Notes: a model not told the origin generated them from the letters alone. Counted from the first letter of the stretch, positions 36,191 through 49,541 are shown. The stretch: 64,000 nt of DNA from Pavona decussata (GCA_977016875.1 CDRNST010000167.1:1-64000); one strand, 5' to 3'. Program-made: numbers and translations.

Positions 36191-36299
36191 GTTGTTGTTG
36201 AATGCTTGAGATCACTGATGTACTTTTACTGTTAGCACTTGAAGTAACTTATGTTCCAAGGCTTGAACTTTTCAGCCGGAGGATCTGCATCTTTTCAGG

Positions 36300-36317
36300 A
36301 TCCCACTTCTGACACCA
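36300..36317 (-). promoter_or_regulatory. 18-nt primer-binding site, tRNA-Leu(CAA)-like (Gypsy C)
   Basis: TGGTGTCAGAAGTGGGAT on the minus strand, directly next to the LTR. Confidence 0.9.
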
Positions 36318-36461
36318 TGTCAAAGAATGGAGTCCAGAAACAAGTATGAGTTTCCTGGAAAATCTTCTTTAATCACCATGTGTTCAGGCGAGCAAATTAA
36401 TACAAAATGGGAAGGGTGCGCATGCCCATATATGGCCTGTCATGCTAGACATACTGTGACA
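36318..36461 (-). repeat. 5' LTR of Gypsy C (copy 1)
   Basis: Direct repeat of 18953-19096. Confidence 0.93.
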
Positions 36462-36556
36462 ATCGCATTCGTTTTCTACAAGGAATGCAACAAAACATGC
36501 TGGTATTTACAACATGGGTACTGGTAAATGACCTGATAAAATAGTACACACTGCTA

Positions 36557-37112
36557 AGGAAATCGCATATCAGTTATATTTGTAAGAAAATTTCTAAGTC
36601 CGTTGGTATAATGTACAGATTTTGTTTCTTTTTGTCATCAAACACTAAAAAATCTTTGTATTATACCTTAATTTATCCCTATTTAAATTATTGTACTACA
36701 GTTTGGTCTTCTACTTATGTAACTAACTTGAATCGCGTTTTTCGTCTTCAAAAAACGAGCTGTGCGAGCTATGACAAATTCTAATCACCTTGCACCTTCT
36801 GCACCTTATTTGCACAATTGAATATCCTAGATATTTTTAAAGTGAATTCCCTTTATGTTGCAAAATTTATGTTGCCCTCTCACCAAAGTTTGCTGCCCTT
36901 GCCCTTTTTAAATTTATTTCCAACAGGTTGTCAAATTCATAATTATGATACTAGAACCTCAGCTCATTTTTGACGTCACACCTGCCAAACTAATATCAAG
37001 CAATTTACTATACTTTTTAGAGGGCCAAAAATATGGAATGCTTTGCCATTATCAATTACGTCTTCCCCTAGTCTATCCACCTTCAAAAGAAAGCTTCTTG
37101 ATTTCCTCAGTT
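36557..37112 (+). mobile_element. L2/CR1-group LINE ORF2 C-terminal fragment
   Basis: Hand translation: KSHISYICKKISKSVGIM..LYYTLIYPYLNYCTTVW..LQKRAVR..HNYDTR..GPKIWNALP..SLSTFKRKL. Confidence 0.85.
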
Positions 37113-37141
37113 GTATGAAACGTCCGACTCTCTTATGCCTT

Positions 37142-37527
37142 TATTTGACAGATCAAAACTCCAAATTATCTCCCTAATTCATCACGCGACATTGTTAAAG
37201 ACTGAGACCAGACACGTTTGGGCTGAAAATAAAACTTTAATTAATTACAAGCTCGTGTGATTGTCCCCTGGGAGGGCGGGAGGGAATAACAAACTGTTGA
37301 TGGATCACACGCGGCTGAAGCGACGAGCTAACTAAGCACAAGGTCAAAGAGATGCGAACATGAGACGATGGCGCAACGCGATCTCCGTCAATAATTAACC
37401 TATTTGACAAATCAAAACTCCAAATTATCTCCTTAATTCATTATGCGACATTGTTAAAGACTGAGACCAGACACGTTTGGGCTGAAAATAAAACTTTAAT
37501 TAATTACAAGCTCGTGTGATTGTCCCC
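37142..37527 (-). repeat. Split direct repeats: 127-bp B copies (37142-37268, 37401-37527) around a 132-bp spacer (putative A2)
   Basis: tatttgaca...gattgtcccc repeated with few mismatches downstream of the YR, matching the Ngaro B1-A2-B2 layout. Confidence 0.88.
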
Positions 37528-37716
37528 AACAGTATTAAAAGATTGGCCCAAACGTGTCGTGATTGAAAAAGAAAAAAAAAAGAGAAAAATTGGGATGATT
37601 GGTAATGATAAAACTCTTGCTGTGTATAAAAGTGTAAGTATATGTGAATATACAAGCTAACCAATGTATATAAAGAAAGGAAAAAAAAATCTAATCTCAG
37701 CAGTTGGAAAGAGAAC

Positions 37717-38700
37717 TTAAGTGTTTATGAAAAGGCCTGCTGCCATAATGTCAGCCACCTGTGAACAAGTAGACAGGGGCAAAGATAAATAGACTTGGTA
37801 AGCGTCAGACCGCCAATCTCCGTGGAGCTTTATCAAATGTTCAGGAACACCCGCTTGATAGGCATACGTAGCTCCGCCTCGTCTGAAACTGTGTGGGGAG
37901 TAATTGGCTGGATTTAATCCCAAGCTAGCAAGGAGTCTCTTGAGAGAAGTAGTAAAGTAAGAAGCTGTGAGGGGAGTGAAACCTGGACCGCGGCCTGCCG
38001 GAAGACAGAATAACAGCGTGACAGGAGGTGCGGCAACCAAGGTGAAGTAATGGCGAATGGCTGACAAGGGCACAGTGAAGAGTTTGGAATGCTAGGAAGA
38101 GGAATGATGTGAATTCCTTCATGAAACTGCCGTGTTTTAGACCACTTGATACGTAACAGGGCACTGGAGTCAGTGAATTTAATGTCCTGTCGGGTCAGGT
38201 GCATATCGCAGTTGAACAAAGAGGCCAACGCAGCGACCAGATTGGACTTGCGTAAAAATAAGAAGAATGCTGTGGTAAACAACGCCCACAGAGCCGCTTG
38301 TGCTGGTACGGTCAAATCCAAGGATCAATGGATGGAAACCAAGATGTTCGGTGTCATGGGATGTTTTTGGCGTGAAGAGGTACCCAGCAGTCGCTTAAGC
38401 CCTTTCTTAGTGAGAGTTAAATCGAAGTTGTGAAATGACTCCGTAGTGAAACCCTCATAGAGGTTAAGAAGGCGAACGGCGTTCAGATGGTTTAAGATGT
38501 AATTAAAAGAGGACGTCCTCCATGCTAAAACGGAAGCATACGCGGACAGTGTTTGAGGTAAGGCTGGCAGAGGACCCAAAGTGTATTGTTCACAGAAGTG
38601 GTACTAAAATTTCCATTGAGGACGGAGATTGCGCAAAGTTCCCGGAGCATAAGCGTTCGCTTGAATCGAGGCCACAAGATCATCGAGGGCGTGAGGAGGC
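37717..38700 (-). pseudogene. Tyrosine recombinase of the Ngaro element (copy 1)
   Basis: Catalytic R (LRKSNL), K (WSKT), HxxR (HSFRR), W and Y across frameshifted ORFs. Confidence 0.92.
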
Positions 38701-41700
38701 GAGGAAAAGGAGACATTGGCACTGGTGGAGGGCAGTCCTGTGAAGGAAACACAGAAGCGGGAAATTAGCAGCTGATTTGAAACTCGAAGAAGTGAGGTGG
38801 GCAATAAACGTGAGTTGTTGTAAGAGTGGACGTGAGCTCGGAAAACCTCTGCTGGTGCATGGGAGACAAATGCCAGCGGCTTAGATGATCCGCAATGGAG
38901 TTTGTAACGCCGGTAATGTGCGTGGAGACGATTTCCGAGTCCCGGGCTGCTGTGAGAAACCATATTTTGCGTAAACAATGTTGCATTCCTGGGGCGCGCG
39001 AGTGGCCAGAGTTAAGTGCGAGTACACTGTTCTCGTTGTCGCATTGTAAGACCAAATGCTCGGAGGAGCGGAGCCCAGATCTTGAGAGCCACCATGATGG
39101 CCAGTAATTCTAGGGTGTTGATGTCATGGCCAAAACGGTAAAGGACTGAGCTTGGAAAAGGCGTGTGGAAATACTGGCCGTTTGAAGAAGCCACCGGCTC
39201 CCGTGCTGCATGCATCGGTAGAGAGATACATAGGATCGTTGCGCCATGGGACAGTTCTGATGATAGTTACACCGTTATAAAATGGGAGAAAATAGCACCA
39301 ACATCGCAGATCAGCTTTGTTGTCGGGCGAGAGTGGACAGACAGATGATAATTTATGGACGCGTAACGTGTACAAGAGGGTAGACATGAAAACGCGGGCG
39401 GCACGAACACAAGTAGTGACGTAGGACATCATTCCAAGAAGAGACTGCAGTTCGGTTCGAGAGACGTTGTCAATGAGCAACAGCGACGAGCAGCGATCAA
39501 AAAGCTCCTGTACACGTTCAGGAGAAACGGAGACAGTCATGTTAGCAGTGTCGACCAAGACTCCAAGGAAGGCTGGAGGGGACGCTTTTTCAGGTGAGGT
39601 ATCCAGGCCTATCTCTTCCAGTAGGGAACCAAAAGTCTGGAAAGCCTCCGCTGACTTATCAGGAATTTCAGCGCCACCAAAATCATCGATGTAGTTTGTG
39701 CAGTGGAAGCCTAGATCTCGGTACATGAAAGTGATGACAGTAGTGGAGTGTTGGCACATCATGGCGGAGAAGCGAAGGCCAAAAGGGGGGGTGATGTCGA
39801 AGTAAAAGGCGTCGCGGTGACGGAAACCAAGGAGATGATAATCACGTGGGTCACCACGTAACTGTCTGTAAGCTCTGCTGAGGTGCATCTTAAAGAGATG
39901 ACAATGACGGCCTTTTAAACGGATTATGTCCAGAAGAGCATCTACCCATCTGCTTGATGGGAGAGACATGATGGCCATTTTGCCCACGGGCTATGAAAAG
40001 AGTATGATCTTCACAGTGTATGTGCTTGCCAAACAAGAATTGTCCTCAATGAGAATGTGTGTGTTTGTATTTCAGCACACTGTCAATTTAAGGTGGCTCC
40101 CTGGAGTATTTACAAATGACCATGCCTAAATAGGATGAATTACAAAAGAAAATCTAGTTATTTTGTCTTTGAACTTTTGTTCCAGAGATTTACCAGTACA
40201 AATACCAATATAATAAGGCTTATTTATCCAGTGTCATTTTTTTATTAAGGCCGTTACCATGGCAACATGGCATGTAATGACAGGCAGTTATTCTCTTAGT
40301 TGTAGCCTTTATTCTGAAACATTTTTATTTTCCTTCGGTGAACTGTCTTTAATTTTTGTCACAGTATGGAAATGATATTGCCTGAGATATTTAAGTGGAA
40401 AAAACGTGCGGTCGTTCAGATGGTTTTGCCAATATTCCGTAATTTGTTTTTTGTTTTTTTTTGCAATGGAGCCGATTAGCTCTGACAAATTTTAACAAAA
40501 AGGAGATATTTTATGGGTACTGTATCTGTTTACCACTTGGCTGATTTAAAAAAAAATTCAACGAAGAGAACGCGAAAAAATTCGCAATTAATTTTTTCCA
40601 AGTTTGCTGTCTGACGTCACAAAAATCAGAAAAACATGCGCGGTTCGATGTCCATGTGAGCGTTCTCTGCGCAAATCATCACGCCCGCCCGCATGCGTAC
40701 TCAAACAGAAAACATGTGATGATTTCTGCGGAAAGCACGTAAGCGACTTTGACTGAGTCATCGATGGTGTTTATGAGTATTAATACCGTAATATCTGGCC
40801 AGTTACGAAAGGAGAGAATGAAAGATTCAGTTTTGTACCAAATGCTGGATGTTTTCTTCGAAGTACTTGACTATTGTAGCTAAAATTCGTGTTGTGGTTG
40901 TGATTTGTGGCAATGACAATGGAGATGAAGTGGGAGGTTTTGAGCGGATGGCAATAAGTCCTTCTTTTCCAAACTTGTTGTACACTGTTTTCAGATTTTT
41001 GAATGCCAGCTCACTTCCGGATATTTTTTCAACTATGTTTTTCTTTAGGTATTGCTGATGGTGGAGATTATCTTTGAACTGCTGCATTAAAATATGACGG
41101 CGATCTAGATACATCACGTCCTCAGCTGCATGGCTTGCATTTACAAGGCAGGAGTTCTCTATTATTATTTTCGTGGAAAGTTCCAGCCGTGACTCAAAAA
41201 TTATTTTTCGTAGTGCAAGAACATCTTCTAACGCATTGTGTGCTTCAAAGGGTTTTTTAAACAAGAAATTGTACAAGGAAGATTGATTGGTTTTTGGAAA
41301 GGTACCATCGGGATTTTGCAAACATGGAACTTTTTTTTCTGATAAGTTCTTTAAGCAATGTGAGGGAGTCAGCAAACCAAACGTTCATGGCCTCTAATTT
41401 TTCTTCGAAGTCACTTCCAGAATTTCTTAACAGGACAGGAGTGTCAAATGTTGAAGCATTGTGACCAAGAAGTATTGTTGAGACATTTAGTTTATAGTTT
41501 GGGACTTGCCCCTGTCCACAGACTGTGAAACAATGGTTAGAAACTTTGACTGCTTCCTTGAGAGGTAGTGTACTTAGTTCTTTGTTCTTTTTCTGAAGTT
41601 TCCTTTCACCATTTATTTTGAGTATTTTAAGTTTGTTCACTTTTGAAGCGAAATAATCAATGTCTTGCACAGGTGAAATATACGTTGAAAATTGATGAAG

Positions 41701-42824
41701 GCCAGATTTGTCGCTAACTGATAATTGACAGAGCTCAGCAGATTTTCCAGTAGTATTTGTCTAGGTGTCAAAATTAATGTTACAACTTCTTACTTTTTGA
41801 CACAAATTTTGTTTTCATTGTATTTGACTTTTTTGCCAGTGGTCATGCAGTGTACTGTGGAACAATGCTCTCAATCTCTTTTAGTGCATTTGCAGTCAGT
41901 GTTGTGGACATGATGTTTAGGCCAAGGTTTAATCCAATACCTGTTTCATATGTTTTCCCTTCTTTTGCCTCTTTTCTTGCAGTTTGTTTACAGTTTTGTC
42001 TGTGGGCATTGGCTCTTTCCCGTTTAAAAGTTAAAGTTGATTTTCTAATTTTATCTTTAAGAACTTGACTGGTCATTTTTTCCCCAAATGTAATGCAAAA
42101 TTTGCCAGGCTCTATGTTAAGGGCTTCAAGGGTTCTACTTATATAGCCATACCGCAAATTTGTCTGAGCAACCCCACACACCACTCGAAAATCATTACTT
42201 TCACTGCCACCATAAAATCTGATCTTTGGATTTTTGGAGCCTATCACACTGTTCAGAGCCTCATTTCGCTGGTAGTTTGTCATAGGTGCAAGCTTCTCTG
42301 CCACAGCATCAGTGCAGTAATCATGCAGTAGGCAGTAATCAGGTCTTTTCCATATGGCAGATCTTTATGCCTGTAGAGTGGTCTCCAAAGGCGTGATGAA
42401 CAATTGACTTAACTGCAGCCTGAATCTTGTTTTGAGCAATAGCATAAGAAAAACATTTCACTAAATAGTTAATCACTTTTTGCGATAAAGGGGGAGCAAT
42501 TGTCAAATTTTTGATTTAGACCAAGGTTGTATAAACGCGTTGTGAGGGATCTTTTCATATGTATAATGTCGCTGAATTTTCAACCTTATAAAACACTTTT
42601 TGACGTATGTGTGCCTCTGTTGTGGAGTCATCATCGCCTGTGTAAACTGATAACTTAACACTTTGGTTTGGAGCTCTGTTAAACAATTCAACCGCTGCAG
42701 CAGGCTCCATTGCTTTTGATGAGGCTTCATGATTTTGTCGGCAGTCGTGAGCTTTAGGTTTTTTTCCCATGGCTTTTGCACTGTCACAAAATCTACAGCT
42801 CTTTGTTCTCGTTGTATAGTCCAG

Positions 42825-43063
42825 GCTCCAGTTGTTCAAAGGCCGGATAACTTTATCCTGTGGATAAGCCACTATCCGACAGTTTCAATCTGTGCAAATA
42901 TTTCAGTATTTCTTCTTGTACAAGCGAATATGCACACTCCAACCACAGTTAAGTTTGGGAGTGAACTAAAACCTTGGACAACATTTAACGTGAAGCATAG
43001 TTTAGACACTGAATAGTGCCTTATCCAGTGGATAAAGTTATCCGGCCTTTGAACAACTGGGGC
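42825..43063. mobile_element. MITE 239 bp, copy 2
   Basis: Duplicate of 24565-24803. Confidence 0.9.
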
Positions 43064-44584
43064 CTGTACTTTACCAGAAGTTAAGCTCATAACTGCAGCT
43101 TGTCCAGTGCGTGAGTTGTGTCCCTTTCCACGTTTCTGCCAGCCCATGTTAAAGGAACAGGGCATGGGAACGAGATTACTTTCGTCAACCTGAACTCCAT
43201 TCTGTAAGGCTTCCTTTCTTTCCATATTCAAAAAATCCTGAAAACTGCTTTTTTCAATACCTTCAACAGCTTTCCCGACCTCTCTTTCCCTTAGGTTAAA
43301 TGTGACACAATTTAGAGTTGGGGCATTTAGCGTGGAGAGCACATTGTTTATATGAGTCTGACTAATGCCTGCATGAAGACAGCCGAGTGCCACTCTGATA
43401 ATGTTAAAAGCAGGTGAACCAAGCTGTCCAGATCTGTGTTGTCCAGAAGTTTTGATGTCAGTCTTTTTACCACAGAACGGACAAATTATTGCAAATGTGC
43501 TGGCGAGGCCATGTTGTTTTTCACTGATCACATTGTAAAATGAAAGTGGACCCAAGTGATGCAAGTGAAGTGAAAACAAGCTTTGAGTAAATAATGCATA
43601 TTTAGAATATTTGATGTTTTGTTGCAGGAGAAGTAGATGTATTTAATGAAAATGATTTACTTTTAGTCTCCCTACTCGCTGTTTGCTTATGCCTTTCAAA
43701 ATGCTTTCTAAAGAGTTGGGCTACAGAAATGAGAGATAAGACATTTTTGTTCTGGATTAGATTTCTGCCCATGCATTACTGCTTAATTATATGCCTCAGT
43801 ACTTTCGTGCTATTCCTCTTACAGTGAAGGTTGTGTGGCATTAAAGGCACTAAATAAAACCTTGTGGTAACCAATAAATTGCGGGTTTACAATATGTAAC
43901 ATCAAGAGCGGATACAAGGAGGGAGATTATAATTAAGCTGAAAAGCAGATCCAGAAGTCCAGTCCAGTTCAATTCATTCTCTATATTTTTAATGAAAACA
44001 TAATGGTTCATGTTTACCTGATCGTCAGTGAGAGCAGCTTTGGAGACTATTCCGAAATGTCTTGAGGTCAATGAGACGAGTTTCGTGGGAAATAGCTTCT
44101 TCTCTTTCGGCTGTGGCCTGCTATAAGCACAAAAAAATGATGTTTCCTAAATTATTTTGCGCGTGTTGTGTACTGCCGGTGAAAAAAAATTCTTCTAAAG
44201 CGATACCGAGTCAGCTGCTTACCTGGATGCTTCTTGTGTTACGTTTAAGGGCTGGTTCGTTTTCGTCGGTGCAGTTTTCAAACTCCAGTGTCCTTTTTGC
44301 GACATAATTTTTATTTGCGTTACTTTCACTGCTTTTGTGAAGTGCCCATTCATGCTGCGCTTTCCATGGTGCAATGGGGAGGCCAAGGGAGATTGGGAGA
44401 AGCTATGACTGCCAAGTGATCTGGGCAGTGAATTTCCTTCTTCCGTATCTTGAGAGCTAGCTGCAACCATCCCAAAGACTGTGAAAACAATATTAGGAAA
44501 GTTCCTGCTTTGTTTACGATACGAATCACTTTCACGAGGATCGATACTTTGAGGCCAATAACAGGTAACTTGTATAGAGACATA

Positions 44585-45386
44585 GGGCGCTTTCCATTCA
44601 GTCAAAATTTCCGAGATTTCCGGTCAGAAATCCAATGGAACGGGAAAAGTTCCGGAAAGAATTTCCGAAAATTTAGGACTACCTTTTGAGCTTACCCTTC
44701 TTTCCGAAATTTCCGGAATTACCGAATTTTCTGTGTTCCATTCGCGATGAGTGTCGGATTTAGTCTCCCCGGCCAGCCGAGCGCGAACGTCATGTAAGCC
44801 GAAAGAGCCGCAAACAAAATGGCTACGGAAGTGTATCAATGTTCTGCTTGTGGTTTTTTGTCTGAGATTTTCGACGTTTTCTTAAACCACGAATGTCACT
44901 TACCTACGACCAGCAACGGTAGGTTTACATTCAATCCAGGTCACGCGTAAACAGTATTTCCAAGAATGAAATGAACATTCGAATTTCTCTTTGTAATGTC
45001 CGACGTGTGAATGGAATGTTGGACATTTCTCTGGAAATCGTTCCGAAAAAAGACGCATTAACTGAAAAAAAGATTCAAAATACTAGGGAAACAATTGTTA
45101 TTCTTTAAATAAAAAATTTTGCAATGTAAAGAAAAATTCATAGCTTTATACCGTCAATAAGCTAGGGAAATTTATAAGGGAACTCTGAAATCTCGTTGGC
45201 GATTTTCAAATTAAACTGACATGTAAATTTCTAAACTCCGTTCAAATTTCAAAAATATCGTTCACGCGTGACCTGGGTTGACTGTAAGCCTCCTCACGTG
45301 ATTCACAAGTTCAGGGACCCGTTCCATTTGACCAGCAGAAATTCCGAAATCTTGAACCGGTTTTTTTTGTTGAATGGAAAGCGCCC
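44585..45386. mobile_element. MITE 802 bp, copy 2
   Basis: Duplicate of 26325-27126. Confidence 0.88.
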
Positions 45387-46467
45387 ATAGTCTCTTTTTC
45401 GAAATCTACGACCTATGCGAGCCAAACACCTTGCATTGCGAGCTTCAAGCAAGTTTATGAAGTTTTTTTCGGACAATGTTACGAAACAGGGAAGCCATCT
45501 TTACATTTTTTGCGTGGACGTAGTGCGGATATTGCGCAGATTTTAAAACTCGCGCCATACTAGTGCTCAGTTTACGCACAGTCATAAAACTCTAGGGACC
45601 GACCTTAAGCTCTTCCTCATAAAAACACCTGTTTATAAATTACACTTCCATAGACAAGTTGTGTATTCCATCTTCCTAATACTGGTAAGTGAAGACTTTG
45701 TTAACTTATATTTCCCTTTCAGTAATACATTATCACAATAAAGTTACACATACTGTTTGCGATCTTGTTTTCAATTTTTCTGAGTACCGATGAGGAATGT
45801 GATGGATGACTACATCTCTCAAGGGATTGAATTTTGGGAGGTATTTGCAGACTATTCTGCTCACTAGCACTGCCCATCTGTGCTTGAGACATTCTAGTGT
45901 TGTTTGGTCGGGAAAAAGATCAATTAAATCAAATGGACTTCTTTAAGGGGATTTTGTGGTCTTGTAGTGTCTAAATTGGGCTCATTGACCCTGTTCAGGA
46001 CAGCATATTGCTGTGTCCAGTGAATAGAGCGGTTGCTGCACTTTGAATTCTGGCCATCAAATCAATATTGTCTCCCACCAACCTAAACATAATATTAACA
46101 ATTATATGCCCTAATACGTTTTCTGCAATTAATTTATTAGAATGCATGTTATTCAAAAAAATTTAAATCTTCTAATTTATTATACAATAAGCTTATTGCC
46201 AAGGGTAAAAAATAAGAAATGAATCCTTAATATCAACTGCAAGTTCTAACTGCAGGTTTTTTTGGTTCAAAAATTAACCCTCAGCATTGTTGTTGCGGCT
46301 TTAGATTTCACAAAATAACCAGTTTGGCAGTTTCTATTGACAACGTAAATATCTGTCGTATGGCAGGTTTACTTCGGCAATTTTTGTTGCTACTACCAAA
46401 TCCTGGTCAGTTAGAACATCTTTTCCATTACAGACGCTGAGAAGATTCTCTTGGCAGAATTTGAAGC

Positions 46468-49221
46468 CACTAGGCTCAAAGAAGTTGTATTTCTTGATGG
46501 TTTATCTGAGAATTTGATCTGTGCTCGCATGATCTCGTCCCCATGATGACCAACTTGCTTTTCTCTAACTTCCTTCAATAACAGACTCTCTACGTTCACT
46601 TTTTCGATCTCCTTCTTCCAATGACACACCTTCAATTCACAGCTCTCACTGATCTTCCTCTGGAATTCGACAATCATATATGGAGACATGCAGACACCCA
46701 ATTTATTTACCAAATGTAGATGGTCATACTTGACACCGCTATGACAGAGAATTGCTGAAATGCGGTAAGCAACTGCTGACATAAGGGGGTTTTTTCCTCT
46801 AGCAGCAACTGTTATCAAAGCCACTGAGTTGGTTTTCTTGATATCCGGCTCCGATGGATTTTGCATATTACACGCACCTTTGACACAATTCTTCAAGAAT
46901 GGACACCAAACTCCCGCCTCATGAACCATTCAAAATTGAAAATTCAGCCAAATCTTCGGGTCTGGACTTCTTGAACACTGAATCTGTAACATCATTACAG
47001 CACTCTTGAAATTCCCTGCCAACAGTTTTTCTTAGAGGATCCTAATTTCAACCCGTACATTTGGATGTGCGAACGCCAAATTGGCAACCGTTTTCCACCT
47101 TCTTCTACATAGATTTGCGATCATCGATTTTGTTTTATCTTGAAACGAGCTAAACATTTCGACACGTCCACTTGGGTTGACAATTACTACTTTCACTTCT
47201 GTAGTGGTACTTTCAAGTAAATCTTCCACGTTCAGGTTAGAGGAAGCAATTTCAGTAGCTTCCTGAGGTGAGATTTCCAGGATTTTGTAACGTTCCAACT
47301 TTGAGGGTGCTCCAACTGCACAAGCAAAATTCGAGGAAAAGTTTGGTAGGACAAGCTTCAAATGGAATGACATCTACAGATTACTTTTTACAGTAGCTTT
47401 GAATACAAAATTTTTTGAACAGATACTTAGTTACAAACACCTTTCTTCACGAAGTTGGGTTGAAACCGACAGCATTGTGTACGTTTTGTGGTGAAGAGAG
47501 CGAAACCCTTGAGCATTTATTCATTTCATGCTGCATAACAGAGAGATTTTGGCTGGAATTTATTCACTGGTGCAATAATATACACATTGAACTTGAAAAA
47601 CTATTTGAGGTCGATAAGCTTTTTGCAATTTGGGACAGAAAAGAGGATTTCTCTTACTTAACCATCTACTTATCATTGCCAGGCAAAATATTTACGATTG
47701 TAGAAGCAAACTTATTCACCCGTAGCTGAGATTATTTATCTCTAAAGTTTATTATATTTATTAAATAGAATTTAAGATCAACAAATTCACCAAACATGAA
47801 TCCAGTTTTAACCGGAAATGGAACAAGTATATCACCAGTTTCACTAGGTTCAAAGAAGTTGTATTTCTTGATGGTTTATCTGAGAATTTGATCTGTGCTC
47901 GCATGATCTCGTCCCCATGATGACCAACTTGCTTTTCTCTAACTTCCTTCAATAACAGACTCTCTACGTTCACTTTTTCGATCTCCTTCTTCCAATGACA
48001 CACCCTCAATTCACAGCTCTCACCGATCTTCCTCTGGAATTCGACAATCACATATGGAGACATGCAGACACCCAATTTATTTACCAAATGTAGATGGTCA
48101 TACTTGACACCGCTATGACAGAGAATTGCTGAAATGCGGTAAGCAACTGCTGACATAGTGGGGTTTCTTCCTCTAGCAGCAACTGATGTTATTAAAGCCA
48201 CTGAGCTGGTTTTCTTGATATCCGGCTCCGATGGATTTTGCATATTACACGCACCTTTGACACAATTCTTCAAGAATGGACACCAAACTCCCGCCTCATG
48301 AACCAACACTTTATTTGAAAATGAAGCCAAATCTTCGGGTCTGGACTTCTTGAACACTGAATCTGTAGCATCATTACAGCACTTTTGAAATTCCCTGCCA
48401 ACAGTTTTTCTTAGAGGATCCTAATTTCAACCCGCACATTTGGATGTGCGAACGCCAAATTGGCAACCGTTTTCCACCTTCTTCTATATAGATTTGCGAT
48501 CATCGATTTTGTTTTATCTTGAAACGAGCTAAACATTTCGACACGTCCACTTGGGTTGACAATTACTACTTTCACTTCTGTAGTGGTACTTTCAAGTAAA
48601 TCTTCCACGTTCAGGTTAGAGGAAGCAATTTCGCTAGCTTCCTGAGGTGAGATTTCCAGGATTTTGTAACGTTCCAACTTTGAGGGTGCTCCAACTGCAC
48701 AAGCAAAATTCGAGGAAAAGTTTGGTAGGACAAGCTTCAAATGGAATGACATCTACAGATTACTTTTTACAGTAGCTTTGAATACAAAATGTTTTGAACA
48801 GATACTTAGTTGCAAACACCTTTCTTCACGAAGTTGGGTTGAAACCGACAGCATTGTGTACGTTTTGTGGTGAAGAGAGCGAATCCCTTGAGCATTTATT
48901 CATTTCATGCTGCATAACAGAGAGATTTTGGCTGGAATTTATTCACTGGTGCAATAATATACACATTGAACTTGAAAAACTATTTGAGGTCGATAAGCTT
49001 TTTGCAATTTGGGACAGAAAAGAGGATTTTCTCTTACTTAACCATCTACTAATCATTGCCAGGCAAAATATTTACGATTGCAGAAGCAAACTTATTCACC
49101 CGTAGCTGAGATTATTTATCTCTAAAGTTTATTATATTTATTAAATAGAATTTAAGATCAACAAATTCACCAAACATGAATCCAGTTTTAACCGGAAATG
49201 GAACAAGCATATCACCAGTTT
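46468..49221. repeat. 1.38-kb local tandem duplication, copy 2
   Basis: Duplicate of 28216-30969. Confidence 0.93.
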
Positions 49222-49501
49222 AAGTGCTTCATAGCGGCACCCAGGTCTTTATTTCTCCCATTTAGTTTTGTTATCAATTCTATTGTTATCATCATTTTAT
49301 TTTGCTGCCATGTAACCTTTAATAATGTAAGAAGGTGTAGCGTCTTTTAGGTTGTATGATATTTCTGTTAAATACATATTGTATGTGCCACAATTTATTA
49401 ACTAGCAAGTTTGGTTTTGTGCATGTCTGTGTTTAAGTGTAAAGTATTATATTGTAAGTAGCGTAAGCATTATATTGTTAAGTAGTGTAAGTAATATGTT
49501 G

Positions 49502-49540
<39 letters not shown>

Positions 49541-49541
49541 G
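48665..49541 (+). mobile_element. 5'-truncated Tx1/L1 LINE, copy 2 (tail 4 TAA units longer)
   Basis: Duplicate of 30413-31281. Confidence 0.88.

Larger units (their letters stand above)
18953..36461 (-). mobile_element. Ty3/Gypsy LTR retrotransposon C, decayed, host of AcademH and a LINE
   Basis: 144-bp LTRs TGTCA...TGACA at 18953-19096 and 36318-36461 (about 16 mismatches). PPT 19097-19109, 18-nt PBS 36300-36317. gag 36190-35390, PR/RT 33550-32190, RNase H/IN 21310-19290. Confidence 0.92.
21691..39947. repeat. Segmental tandem duplication, copy 1 (period 18,260 bp)
   Basis: Near-identical to 39951-58207; the ORF track repeats at offset 18252-18260. Confidence 0.99.
37142..39947 (-). mobile_element. 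Ngaro/DIRS-type tyrosine-recombinase retrotransposon, copy 1 (cut within RT by the duplication junction)
   Basis: RT (YIDDF), RNase H (STDAC, LELLAI, CDN, ADHLSR) and YR (FLRKSNL, HSFRRGGAT, HGDWRSDAYQVY). The 3' end has B-A-B split repeats. Confidence 0.92.
40092..45604 (-). mobile_element. Kolobok-type DNA transposon, copy 2
   Basis: Duplicate of 21832-27344, with TTAA flanks. Confidence 0.85.

Noticed and set aside
36300-36317. tRNA-Leu gene (also at 8361, 9934, 54560)
   Set aside because: Only the 13-18 nt 3' end including CCA is present, abutting LTRs. These are primer-binding sites.
37717-39987. Prokaryotic integrase plus RT system (retron, DGR or prophage)
   Set aside because: The RT-RNaseH-YR order, gag zinc finger and split direct repeats match eukaryotic Ngaro/DIRS elements.
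39124-39987. RT with a novel N-terminus MGKMAIMSLPSSRW
   Set aside because: The N-terminus is antisense helicase sequence brought in by the duplication junction; copy 2 shows the native sequence.
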